Shown: positions 24,785-37,043, counted from the first letter of the stretch. The stretch: DNA of 64,000 bases from Octopus sinensis (GCF_006345805.1 NC_043004.1:37262001-37326000), one strand, 5' to 3'. The notes: generated by a model from the sequence alone, not told the origin. Numbers and translations: made by a program.

Positions 24785-25316
24785 GTTTCCGCTTCATCGG
24801 GGAATTACCTCCCTTTGCAGGTTAAAGGACACCGTGACGGTGTCGGGCCTTTCTGGTGACGTCGATGTTCGCCTGGGGCTAAATGCAACAGTAACACCCC
24901 CACCACCCTGCCCTGTCCCTAGCCATATTCAGATGGCTTTAGTCCCTTATGTTATCGAGCAGTTACTGTCTATATCTCTTTTAGAGAATTATTATTGCTT
25001 TCGAACAGATTTTCGAAATCAGCAAATGTATTTTGCTTGAAAATCTATATATGAATATCCTGCAGAGTGAGAATTCGTCGAGGAAGCGGAGGCCTACCAC
25101 ACGCCGACGATAGGCAATACACCTTGAAACCATGGTCCGTGTGTGGTTTCCGCTTCATCGGGGAATTACCTCCCTTTGCAGGTTAAAGGACACCGTGACG
25201 GTGTCGGGCCTTTCTGGTGACGTCGATGTTCGCCTGGGGCTAAATGCAACAGTAACACCCCCACCACCCTGCCCTGTCCCTAGCCATATTCAGATGGCTT
25301 TAGTCCCTTATGTTAT
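24781..25316 (+). mobile_element. Retrozyme-like element: ~1.5 tandem copies of a 361-bp unit, flanked by (TA)n
   Basis: 24781-24955 reads identical to 25142-25316 (175 bp); a hammerhead fold lies at the unit junction. Confidence 0.75.
25080..25160 (+). ncRNA. Type I hammerhead-ribozyme-like motif (HHR2)
   Basis: Stem I CACACG/CGTGTG extended by GAAGCGGA/TCCGCTTC, core CCGACGA, stem II AGG-CAATACA-CCT (T.T at its base), GAAA, palindromic stem III ACCATGGT, GUC site ending at 25137. Confidence 0.7.
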
Positions 25317-25816
25317 ATATATATATATATATATATAATATATGTATGTATCTATGTTTGTGGGTGTGTATTACATATACATACATATATGCAAATATAC
25401 ACACACACATAAACGTTATATGTGTGTGTGTGCGTGTGTGCGTATGTGTATGCGTGTGTGTGTGCGCGCGCGTGTATGTTTCCAGATATTGAATATCGCT
25501 GTGAGTTATAGTGGGAGATAGAAAAAGAACGGAGGAGAGAGGAAGTCTAAACCCTATGGTAAATACCTGAATAGTCACTTATACAATCAATTGACTTAAA
25601 AGGCAACGACCAAAACAAGTTGAAGCCTTACAACAACGCAACCTTCTGAACGATCCGGATTAATGTTCCATTATCTGCTTTAAAATTTTCATATTTTCAC
25701 TGTATTAGCCCTGTAATAAGTAGATTTAATTTCCATTGAATCTAGTATACCTCCAGGATTTTTTCTATTTTATTGCTTAAAATTGAAGAAAAGTACGGTC
25801 CCTAGCTTCATGAATA

Positions 25817-26364
25817 CAGTGATACCTCACTTTACGAGGACCCGCTTTACGAGACACCGGGTTTACGAGTTTTATTTATTTTTCAAGCACAAGATCCAAA
25901 TTTTGAACGATGTGCAAACGTTTCTACTCCCATAGCAATTGCTTCTGCGTATTACCGAGAAATTTATAAAGAGCAAAAAAAAAGCTTCGCCTAAGCAAAT
26001 AAAAAAAATCTACGAGTCCGTCTACGAGTGCTTGTAAATCGGCGATCGCGTCTACAAGTGAGATGGTAAGCACGAGTCTAGTGTTAGTGAAAGTGATTAA
26101 GAAAATGATTGTAATTGATAATTTTTTTTATTATAAATGATCTTGACAATCTTTTTACTTGACATAAAATATTCTTTACGTTTTACTGTTGTTTTATTGC
26201 CATTTATTTACGAGTATTATAAATTTTACAGGTAAAATATTTTTCTGCGACCGAATTACGACTTATAACATTGCTACGATGGGAAATTATTGCTCTGCTT
26301 TACGTATTTTCGGTCTACGAGTGATCTCCGGGAACAAATAAACTCGTATATCGAGGCATTACTG
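25817..26364. mobile_element. Tigger/pogo-type MITE
   Basis: Imperfect TIRs CAGTGATACCTCACTTTACGAG / CTCGTATATCGAGGCATTACTG (17/22), TA on both sides, no ORF. Confidence 0.8.
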
Positions 26365-28045
26365 TATTACATAAATCATGTTGTGTTTATTTCTAAGTAA
26401 ATAAATGTTGCCAGTGCTTACCATATTTTGTGGTTGTTTGTGGTGAACGCAGAAAAGTTCGAATTTAGTTTCTGGTTGTTTTATTTTTAAAATAAATAAA
26501 ACAAATACTTGTATATTTAATAAAGGTTTAGAAGTTTAGATGTTGCATATTTACAGAAAATACTAGCTTTATAAAATTTTAAATGAGTAAGTATCAAGTT
26601 TAATTGTATTCCTGCTTCTTCTTGTGCCAGCAAAAACACTTCTGCCTGCTACAAGCTACTAAGCCTAAATATTGCAAGGTGTTCTATTTGGTATTTTGCC
26701 ATTATTCACCGGTGACAGTTTAAACATATACTGACAGACGCTTATCTTCAATGTTCTGTTGGTTTTACCGCAATGGGAAATAAATATTAATACGAGATAA
26801 GATGTAAAATTATAGAGATGCAATTGTAACTACCAATTGCTAGCAACTAATGACAGTCCGTAAGAATTTATTTGTTTTTAATCTTGTTCATTTGTGTCGT
26901 GAAATCATTTCATAATAATAATGGATTGCGTTAATGATAGACAAACATTCGTGTTTCTAGTTTACACTGCTTTAATGTTTTACCTGCGTAATTTCAATTT
27001 AGGTTTGTTAATAACTTTTTCTTTTTCTTTTTAAAATCTTCAGCTCCTCAGTAAACATTTGTATGTATGCATGAAATATTTTATAGATTTACTGAATAAT
27101 TAAAATGTAGATATATACATCTACTTCATTGTTATTTGATAATCATTCTTTCGTGATATGAGAGATTGATTATTTCATTTGATATGTACTGAGAGAGTCG
27201 CCTGTCTCTTTAAGCATAATAACATGTTCCTATGATAATATTATATTGGCTAATAAATGTTCTATTAATTCAGCATCAATGTTAAAATCAATACGACAAG
27301 ACGCTGAAGTACTGGAACCGCGAAACATTTAATCAGATCTTGCATAACAAAGGAAGAATATTTATCTTTGGTATTTAAGAGTTATATAACAATTCATAAT
27401 ACAGAGATACTTTGTTAGACATACGTTTTGTGTTTCTAATTGCATATAGTATTTATTTCCATGACATTAGTAATTATCCCTGTGGTCCTAGTCACCTGTT
27501 TCATTTAACAATTATCTCAAACGCAGGTACTATTACTCAACAAGGGACAATATTTGTCATACAAGTCTGTCCCATTTACATACGCGTATTTCTGTAGAAA
27601 GGACTGTATATAATTTCTGTGCATCTGAAAAGAATGAAGAATATTGGCACTTCCTAAATTAAATCAAGATATGTCAACAGAATGGACTCTGATGCACGCA
27701 GCGTATTTACTGATTCGAAATACGTCTTTTATTCAATTATAATTAATATCTATTCTGTAATTGCTTCGGCTTTTTTTTTATTCTCTCACAATACATCATT
27801 ATTGTATCACTAATTCTCAGAAGTATTGTCAATACCCCTCCCCTCAAAATTGACGGACTCGTGTTAAATACCAAAACTTTTTTTTGAGTTGGACGTTTTA
27901 GCTTTTGTATCAAAGTGACACTTGTAAAATAAACATTTGTATTTTCGGCAAGATGGCAATGATTTGCCTATGGGCAACAAATCTGGATTCAAAATTCAAA
28001 ACGTTGCTGAAACACTTTCAAACGGCTCTATTCAGTTTTATTAGA

Positions 28046-28446
28046 AACTAGCAGTATCACCCAGCGTTGCTCGGGCTTGTTTTCTTTTCGACCCTTTAGA
28101 ATTGGAATTTTTGAAAAGTAAAAGTTTTGCATTATGTAACTTGTTATTCTCTTTAAGTGAACATTTTTCTGGTTGAAATACACCGAAAAATGGCGACACA
28201 GCAGTCAAAGAATCTTAAAAAATAGGGATTTTCATAGAAAAAAAGCACCTTTTTTATGTAAATAATTTTTGGTGTTAACATGGTCCGATTTGAATTTTTT
28301 CTTCTACGGAATGAAGAGCAAGCCTTCTTCTATTATACTCTCAATTTTGGTCAACTTGCGCCGCAGGGTCTCGGAGGAGATAGTGTTAGTTGAAGGCTAC
28401 CAAACCTGCCATATACAGATAACTTCAGCTTTATATATAGAGAGAT
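28046..28446 (+). mobile_element. Non-autonomous Helitron/Helentron-like repeat
   Basis: Begins AACTAGCAGTATCACCCAGCGTTGCTCGGG (5' hairpin) and ends CTTTATATATAGAGAGAT. Layout resembles Lep1/HINE-type elements; assignment from resemblance only. Confidence 0.5.
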
Positions 28447-29272
28447 GTATGATTGGAAAAGTATTAAAATAACTAAGAACTATTTTAGGAAAACCATCAC
28501 TTCAACTCTCAAACCAAAATTATTGTTCAATCAGGCGAAACAAAAACACATGAAATAGATCTTAATACGTACAAATTGATTTCCAACAGGTTCAAAAAAC
28601 GACAGAAATAAAATCAACTCAATAATTCAGAAGCCAAAGAAATCACTTCAAATTTAAACTGAGATGACAGCGTTGAATTTCCAGCATTGCACAAGCCATA
28701 CTTTACTTCTGAGGACCTTAAATTGAATTCCATCAGTAAATCTACCGTTTATATTAATTAACCCAAAACCGAAATAGGAATAATTTGTAAATTTCCCTTA
28801 CACAATACAATTCTTAAAATTAGATGAATTGCATACCTAGTTTTCTGGAGTCAAAATCTTCCATTTAGTTTAATGCTGTAAATAACAAATAACAAAACAA
28901 ATTCTCAAAGTTGGATATCATTGATTATTACCCTACTGTCAGCAAAATAGTTTGGAGACAAAGCATTTTGTACATGCAGGATCGATATCATATTTTGATA
29001 ATACTCTATAGATTTACCAATATGGAATTGTTTTATTCGTGTCACTATGGATTCCATGGTTGCAGCAAAAATTCACGAAAGGATTTCATTAGGCATTTTA
29101 CATGTAATCCTTATAAGATTCGCGGACTTACGTAGCAAATTTCAGATTATACGACGATGTTCTCCTATTAGTCTTTAGACATATGAATACTCATCCATCA
29201 GATTTCAAAAGATTTATTGAATTATTTAAATAATAGCACTTAAAGATTACAGTAATTGTAGATGGATAGATT

Positions 29273-29274
29273 AA

Positions 29275-29359
<85 letters not shown>

Positions 29360-29385
29360 TGACAGACAGACAGACACACAGACAG
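29273..29385. repeat. (GATA)n/(GACA)n array
   Basis: Direct reading. Confidence 0.95.
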
Positions 29386-29594
29386 ATATGTAAGACCCAT
29401 GGATCGAGGTGTAGGAAGAAAGTTAGTTTCAAGCAATTCGTAGTAAATATAAAAATCAACTTTCAGGGACAAAAGTGGTTTATTAAGGCGGAAGGTGGTG
29501 GAAATTTTTCGTATCGAAGTACAATGAACTAAAAAAAGTTCTTTTTATATTTCATGGTAGGCGACCAAAATTGCCGGGTGTGCGTATAAGAATA

Positions 29595-29960
29595 CAAGAG
29601 TTAAGCAATGGAGTAGATAAGATCCGGGTTACATATTTTTCATAGCGGTAAATATCCAAGCGAGATGTATACCGTAGGCAACACTTCAGGCCAAGGATAT
29701 CTTGATTAACTGAAACTTTACATTGTCGCAAGGAGGTACATGTTAACACATGGAAGATTCAATGTGTTAACATGTACCTCCATCCATGTGTTAACACGTA
29801 CCTTCTTGCGACAATGTAAACTTTCATTTAATCAAGATATCCTTAGCCTAAAGAATAGCCTACGGTACACACGTCGCTTAAATATTTACCACTTCTGAGG
29901 TTTCGCCTGCTATGAAACATATGTAACCCGGATCCTATTTACTCCATTCATTTACTCTTG
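29595..29960. mobile_element. Fold-back (near-palindromic) MITE with ~160-bp TIRs and TA flanks
   Basis: Left arm CAAGAGTTAAGCAATGGAGTAG..TGTTAACACATGGA is the inverted repeat of the right arm TCCATGTGTTAACA..CTCCATTCATTTACTCTTG; TA on each side. Confidence 0.85.
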
Positions 29961-29985
29961 TATACACACACACACACACACACAC

Positions 29986-30061
<76 letters not shown>

Positions 30062-30063
<2 letters not shown>

Positions 30064-30244
30064 CCGGAGTAAACACATAAATGTGAAACAAGGTGGAAAA
30101 AAGAGTACTCAAATACCAGTGGTAGAGTAATATGCTTTATTTTAAGCAGCAGAAAATTCAACAAAATCTGTTACTCTGAGTTTCTCGTTGCCGTTCATCA
30201 GACAGTTTTTGCTAGAATGGAACTGATATATCAATTCCAGCAAG
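30062..30244 (-). mobile_element. (TA)n-flanked short element with hammerhead fold
   Basis: Bounded by (TA)n on both sides; hammerhead motif at 30168-30205 on the minus strand. Confidence 0.7.
30168..30205 (-). ncRNA. Minimal hammerhead-ribozyme-like motif (HHR3)
   Basis: Minus strand CTGT-CTGATGA-ACG-GCAA-CGA-GAAAC-TCAGA-GTA-ACAG: canonical core, GNRA-capped short stem II, stem III ACTC/GAGT, GUA site, stem I CTGT/ACAG. Confidence 0.7.
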
Positions 30245-30263
30245 TATATATATATATATATAT

Positions 30264-30432
30264 ATATGGGTACAGGACATCAAAAGAACGTTGAACAACG
30301 AAAACATAAAAACAAAAACAGAAAACGAACATTTTTTCGAACAACGAAATAAACAAACAGAGAAAAGAGACATGCAACATAAAGAATATGTTTGTCCCTG
30401 TTTCATCTACTCCGCGTTTTCCGACGGTAAAG
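30264..30432 (-). mobile_element. Family D repeat, second copy
   Basis: Reverse complement of ~15655-15833; abuts (TA)n. Confidence 0.7.
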
Positions 30433-30566
30433 TACTATTTATTTTCCATTACACGTGTTTCATTTGCTTTTAGGAATCACAAAGATTTACATGTTAGACA
30501 GACGTAAAGTATTTTCTATTTTTAACTCTTCAGCTAAAGAATAAAAGTGGGTGTATATATATATAT

Positions 30567-30975
30567 CTTTTACTCTTTTACTTGTTTCAGTCATTTGACT
30601 GCGGCCATGCTGGAGCACCGCCTTTTAGTCGAGCAAATCGACCCCGGGACTTATTCTTTGTAGGCCCAGTACTTATTCTATCGGTCTCTTTTTGCCGAAC
30701 CGCTAAGTGACGGGGACGTAAACACACCAGCATCGGTTGTCAAGCAATGCTAGGGGGACAAACACAGACACACAAACACATACACATATATATATATATA
30801 TATATACATATATACGACAGGCTTCTTTCAGTTTCCGTCTACCAAATCCACTCACAAGGCATTGGTCGGTCCGGGGCTATAGCAGAAGACACTTGCCCAA
30901 GATGCCACGCAGTGGGACTGAACCCGGAACCATGTGGTTGGTTAGCAAGCTACTTACCACACAGCCACTCCTGCG

Positions 30976-30977
<2 letters not shown>
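30567..30977 (-). mobile_element. SINE family A (full length)
   Basis: Near-identical reverse complement of 2591-3008. Confidence 0.92.
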
Positions 30978-31016
<39 letters not shown>

Positions 31017-31028
31017 TATATGTTTATT

Positions 31029-31074
<46 letters not shown>

Positions 31075-31105
31075 AATAAACATATATATATATATACAAA
31101 TAAAC

Positions 31106-31138
<33 letters not shown>

Positions 31139-31519
31139 TATATATTAAATAATTGATAGTGAAGGCATATTCACCGAGGAATTCCTTACGTAGATCCTGC
31201 GGCTAAAGTACAGTACCGCGAATGACACCTGGCAGCCGTATGTGGTGAACGTTCCCTCAAGCTACACTACTAGGGACGTACCCAGGACAAGGTTTGGCCG
31301 CTACCTTTTAAAGCCTCCTATCGTGTTATGTTTAAGAGCAATGTACTTTACCAGAATTTTTCAACTCAGTATTTTGAAATGTCTTAACTGAAGATGTTAC
31401 GTTAGAGATACATTCTTTTTTTTTCTCTGTTACGTAATGTCTCAAACGTGTGTTAAATTCACTCAGAATATCAACATTTGGTTTGGCTTTATTATATTTG
31501 TGTGTGTAGACAGACAGAC

Positions 31520-31601
<82 letters not shown>

Positions 31602-31870
31602 GTTTCTTTATTGGCCACACAGGGCTGCACACAGATGAGACAAGTTACAAGGTAGAGCTTTTCTTTTGGGGGATGAAAAAAAAAGAAAAAAAAGGGGTGG
31701 CGTAGGTTTTCGATCAAGAGGGATCGTAAAAGGGAAGAAAGGAACAAAAATAAATAAATAAATAAATAAATAAAAAATAAAAGAAAAAATAAATAAAATA
31801 AAAGAAAAAAAAGAAAAAAAGAAAAAAAAGGAAAAGGAACAAAAGAAAAGAGAAATGGAAAAAGAAGAAA
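31602..31870 (-). mobile_element. Severely 5'-truncated copy (3' UTR end only) of the Tx1-like LINE, embedded in (GATA)n
   Basis: GTTTCTTTATTGGCCACACAGGGCTGCACACAGAT..TTACAAGGTAGAGCTTTTCTTTTG..TTTCGATCAAGAGGGATCGTAAAAG matches ~46971-47105. (GATA)n at 31521-31600 and 31872-31942. Confidence 0.88.
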
Positions 31871-31886
31871 AGATAGATAGATAGAT

Positions 31887-31943
<57 letters not shown>

Positions 31944-33224
31944 GTTAGGTAGGTCGGTAGGTAGGTCGGTAGGTAGGTCGGTAGGTAGGTAGATCTGCTT
32001 GCAGTTTTTCAATGAATTATTTAATAACCATCTTCTTCAATTGTAGATCTTTTCCTACTTAGAGAGCAACAGCAACAACGGAGGCAGAAGCAATGTGAAA
32101 CCAAACACGACAGGTACCGCCTACCCTACACTTACTGAGTGCAATCATGAGCAGAAAATCATGGAAGTGACGGTATTTTGTCATTGCGATATAAAGCTTG
32201 AATGAAAGAAATATCTTTTTTTGAAAGTAATTGAATAAGGTTAATACATTATTATCGAAACTGGATAGTAGCAAAGTATTACGATATTTAGGTAGATAGA
32301 TCTATTATAATATAGATATTTATTGAGAAGATGAAAGGGTATGTTTATGCAGTTGTTTCAGCTTTAGTTTTTTGGAATGAGAAAAGGAGATATTTTTACT
32401 GTAAGTTTCGCGACTATGTCCAGCTGATAGATTTATTTAAAACAACAACGTATCTCCAGAGTCAGGCAAACGTTTTGCTTCGACATCATTTTAAATGTTT
32501 ATTCATAATAATATACAGATGATTTTTTACGTATTTCCATACAGTGTCTAATTGATTACTGTTATAAAAAATGCATAGAAAAACACTTAATCCGGAATTG
32601 TGTAGAATGATTAACCTCAATATAGAAACTAATCAAAAAGAGCTTGAACATTTATTTGCTTGAACATTTATTTACTCTGGAGCAAAAGCATAATTACATG
32701 AATAGATTTATTATTAAATGGCGTCTTACTAAAGATGTGGCTGCTATTTAGTTTGTGACCTTTGTAATCTTGGAGTGATTACAATTAAGAAGAATTCCCA
32801 CCACAAGATTACATGATTTAGTGATACTTCACTGCTATGAAGGATTGTTTTAGCATTCGTTTCGTTGTTGCTGATTGGTTGCCATTGTAAGAATTGATTT
32901 CTTCGTTTAGATTAATTTATTATTTTAGTAGAACCTGTTAACACCATAATCTGTTGAATCCAAAATCAATTTTAATATTCAGTCTTCTGTGTTGCCGACA
33001 ATATTCAAGGTTTCAGGTAAATATGGATTTGTAGACATTTTTACTCTGTCAATGTATAGCAATAACTACTTTGATTATGTTTAATCTCTAATACTTTTCT
33101 CTATTCTTTTCTTTTGTATCAATTAAGAAATATATGAAAAGTCATTTGTACTAAAATTATGAGAAATCATTTGTAAACGACAAAGGAATTATACGTTCCT
33201 TCGTTTCATTGAGATATTTTCCCG

Positions 33225-33353
33225 CCCTCTCCCTCTCTCTCTCTCTCACACCCACTCCTCACATACACTCTCTCTCTCTTTTTCGGTCTCTTTTTCCCTC
33301 TCTCTCTCTAACTCCCGCTCATTCTCTCTCTCTCCTCTCCTCGTTTTCGCTCG

Positions 33354-33438
<85 letters not shown>

Positions 33439-33440
33439 TC
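33225..33440. repeat. (CT)n polypyrimidine tract
   Basis: Direct reading. Confidence 0.95.
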
Positions 33441-33842
33441 TCTACTATGCTTCCTCTCACAACGAACAAACTTTGCATCCTGGATACAAGATTTGTTTTC
33501 AAAGACTGAAATAATTAGAAACTATTTCTTTGATTTCATTTTGTTATTTCGACCAATTTTATCAAATATTGAAATATTCTGAAACGCTATTTTTATGATA
33601 ATTAATATCTAAGCGGGTGAAAGTACATTTATTGCTTATCAAACATCCAAAGTAACATCTGATTAGGTCTTAGTCATTCGATATTCTTTTACACAATAGC
33701 TGAATATTTCTAAATAAATGTTAGTTGCTCCAATTAACTCAGGCCATGTAAATACATTCAACTAGTCCAGGAGCGTTTTGATACCACCTCATATTCCAAC
33801 TTTATAGGACAAACACATATGTGTATTAGATTTTTTATATAT

Positions 33843-34320
33843 TCTTTTATTCTTTTACACGTTTCAGCCATTTGACTGCGGCCATGCTGGAGCACCGCCT
33901 TAAATGGTGTTAGTCGAAGAAATCGATCCCAAAACTTATTCTTTGTAAGCCTAGTACTTATGCTATCGGTCTATTTTGCCGAACCGCTAAATTACGGGGA
34001 CATAAACACACCAGCATCGATTGTCAAGCGATGGCAGGGGTACAAACACAGATATACATGCACAAATATATGCGTGCGTGTGGGGGGTGCGCGCGCGTGT
34101 GCGTGTGTGTGTTTGTGCGTGTGTGTCTGTGTGTGTGTGTGTGTGTGTGTGTTTGTGTGTGCATACGACGGGCTTCTTCAGTTACCGTCTACCAAATCGA
34201 CTCACAAAGCTTTGGTCGGTCCGAGGCTGTAGTAAAAGACCCTTGCTCAAGGTGCCACGCAATGGGACTGAACCTGGAACCATGTGGTTGGGAAGCAAGC
34301 TTCTTACCACACAGCCAGCT
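33843..34320 (-). mobile_element. SINE family A (older, diverged copy)
   Basis: Reverse complement of family A with an expanded internal (GT/GC) microsatellite. Confidence 0.88.
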
Positions 34321-35303
34321 TAATGAAAAGAACATGATGCCATTAGATCGCTTCTGGATTACAGTCTGGATATGTAATTTTTTATATATAGAAAAGTTAT
34401 AAAATGAGGCTTTCTAATTAATTACTTTGACAAATCAATTTTATTGGCAATTTCACCATTTTCGTTATTTATAATCCAGTTTGATGCCTGCTTGCTCTGG
34501 AGTTCAAGCGATGGCTGGAATTAGTGCTCGGAATTTCACGTCGTATCGCAAACGATAAATATAACACGAAAATATGCATTGTTCATGCTGCTTGTCGGAT
34601 ATTACTACAAAATAAATAATTTAGAATGTTTCAGTTGTAGCTTAAAATAATGATGCTTAAACCCAATGTTTATTATTCAATAACCTCTTTAAAGTTAAAT
34701 AACAAAAAAGTGTATCTCTTTCTTGAAGATTGTCCAAGGAAAATCCAACAAGTGTTGCTTCTCCCCTTCTTCATGAAGCTGTGGTGAAGGCAGTGTAGGG
34801 AAATCAACGTCGTAAGCGTTGTCAAGGAGACCAGCGTTCTTTTCAACAACGACTTCATGGCTTGAAGACGCCATCCTCAAAACAGAAATGGCTAGGAAAG
34901 CCGAAAACAAATTTACAAAATCGGGAAACACGCCACACAGGGCAGGTTTCCCGTGCAAAGAATTCGCACAACCGAATGTATTAGTTGTTGCACAACTTTT
35001 ACATAAAAATATTATCCAAACACAAACTTTTGAAGGCAATAAAAGGCAACCTTACTATGAGCCGATGTGACTATCGTCCGTCCATAAGACAGACAGACAG
35101 ACAGATCTGAGATTTACAATCTTTTTTTCTTTGAAATTTCGAAAACTTGCTATTTACGTCGCGACGTAAATTACAGGCATTTAATGATGTAGTAAAGAAA
35201 TTAATATGAAAATAAATATTTAAATCTCCATATCTCTCTTATAAATCCAAATTAAAAGTTTTTTAATATTATTATCATACACAGATGGTATTATTACAGT
35301 TGT

Positions 35304-35338
<35 letters not shown>

Positions 35339-35699
35339 ACAAAATTCTTTACATGAATCCAAATATTTGGCCATTATTTAAGTTATAAACCTTAAATGTT
35401 AACATTCGTCCTACGTCAGCATAAAATACTGCTCATCTTTCATATCTAAACTTCCTTGAAGACAGCTTGCATTGTTATTATTGCTTTCATACAATGTATG
35501 GCAATCAACAAGTCTTACTATTTTATAGCTTCATTCAAAATTCGTCTGTTCTATCTAGTATCCATATCTATTTTACTCTTATCCATTTCGACATTTTAGT
35601 TTTACATTTATACCAAATACAGACGTGAAAGAGAAAAATCTAATTTTGATTCCTGAATTCGTTGATATAAGTATGAAATACACATAATCTCCTTCGCAC

Positions 35700-35962
35700 A
35701 CATACACACACACATACATATATGCATATATGAATGTACATACATATAGATATATACATACATGTATATACATATAAATACATATATATTTTTCATATAT
35801 ATATACACACAAACTTGCACACACAAATATATATATATAATATATATATATAATATATATATTATATATATATATAGATATATATATATATAATTATATA
35901 TATATAATATATATACATACATATATACATATACACATACATATATACATATACATATATAC

Positions 35963-36039
<77 letters not shown>

Positions 36040-36040
36040 A
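35700..36040. repeat. (TA)n/(CATA)n array
   Basis: Direct reading. Confidence 0.95.
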
Positions 36041-36829
36041 AAGCATGTTAAGTGAAGCACGTAGGATATTATACACAAAATATATTGATATTACGCTTTT
36101 CACATAGAATTTTCGGAATATGATTTATTAGAATAAAGCATAAAAATTGGGGAAAGTACGTCACTTGGTTGTGTTGGGTAACAGAAGCAGATGAAGTAAT
36201 ATCGCTTGTTTGTGCGCAGGTCTTCACCTGACTTATACGCATGGAAGGAAGCAATTTAAAATCTAAATGTGATTTGAAATGAATATCAATAAAAAATAAA
36301 GAAAATGCTTTTTTTAGTCACAATATTGAAACACATTTTGAGTGAAATAAAAATTATTGAATTATATTAAGAACGGAAAGTAAAAATATCGATTGAAAAT
36401 AATTTTATAAAAATATATTTATTTTATCTTAGTCGTTTTCTTGAAAGAAATGAAATTTGTTTAAGAAGTAAAACGAGATAGTAGCCAAAAGTCTAAAACA
36501 CTTAAGATTTCCCTGCATATATAAATATACCTAAAATTATGAATATCATCTATTCTTAAACTTAGAGATACGTTGGATACACTAGCACACGCAACCCCAA
36601 CACACACACACACGCGTATATTTGTGTATGCTTTATGTGTATGTGTATATGTGAGTAAGTGACTGCATGCATTTTTATAATATACATATCTCTCGCTATT
36701 AGTGCTAAAGTCTGGATTATTTTTTATGCATTGGTGAGTTTCTTCATAATGACAGACAGACAGATACATACATGCATGCATACATACATACATACAAAAA
36801 CATATAGACAAAGATAGATAGCTTACAGA

Positions 36830-36852
36830 AATATATATATACAGGCATATAT

Positions 36853-36888
<36 letters not shown>

Positions 36889-36956
36889 GATATTATATAT
36901 ATATATATATATAATATATATTATATATATATATTATATATAATATTATATATATA

Positions 36957-37009
<53 letters not shown>

Positions 37010-37010
37010 C

Positions 37011-37043
<33 letters not shown>

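Noticed and set aside
24781-25316. Interpretation as a TRIM/LTR mini-element or CRISPR-like repeat
   Set aside because: The repeats do not end in CA, no PBS/PPT or 4-6-bp TSD is visible, and there are only two long repeats. The hammerhead at the junction fits a tandem-unit model better.
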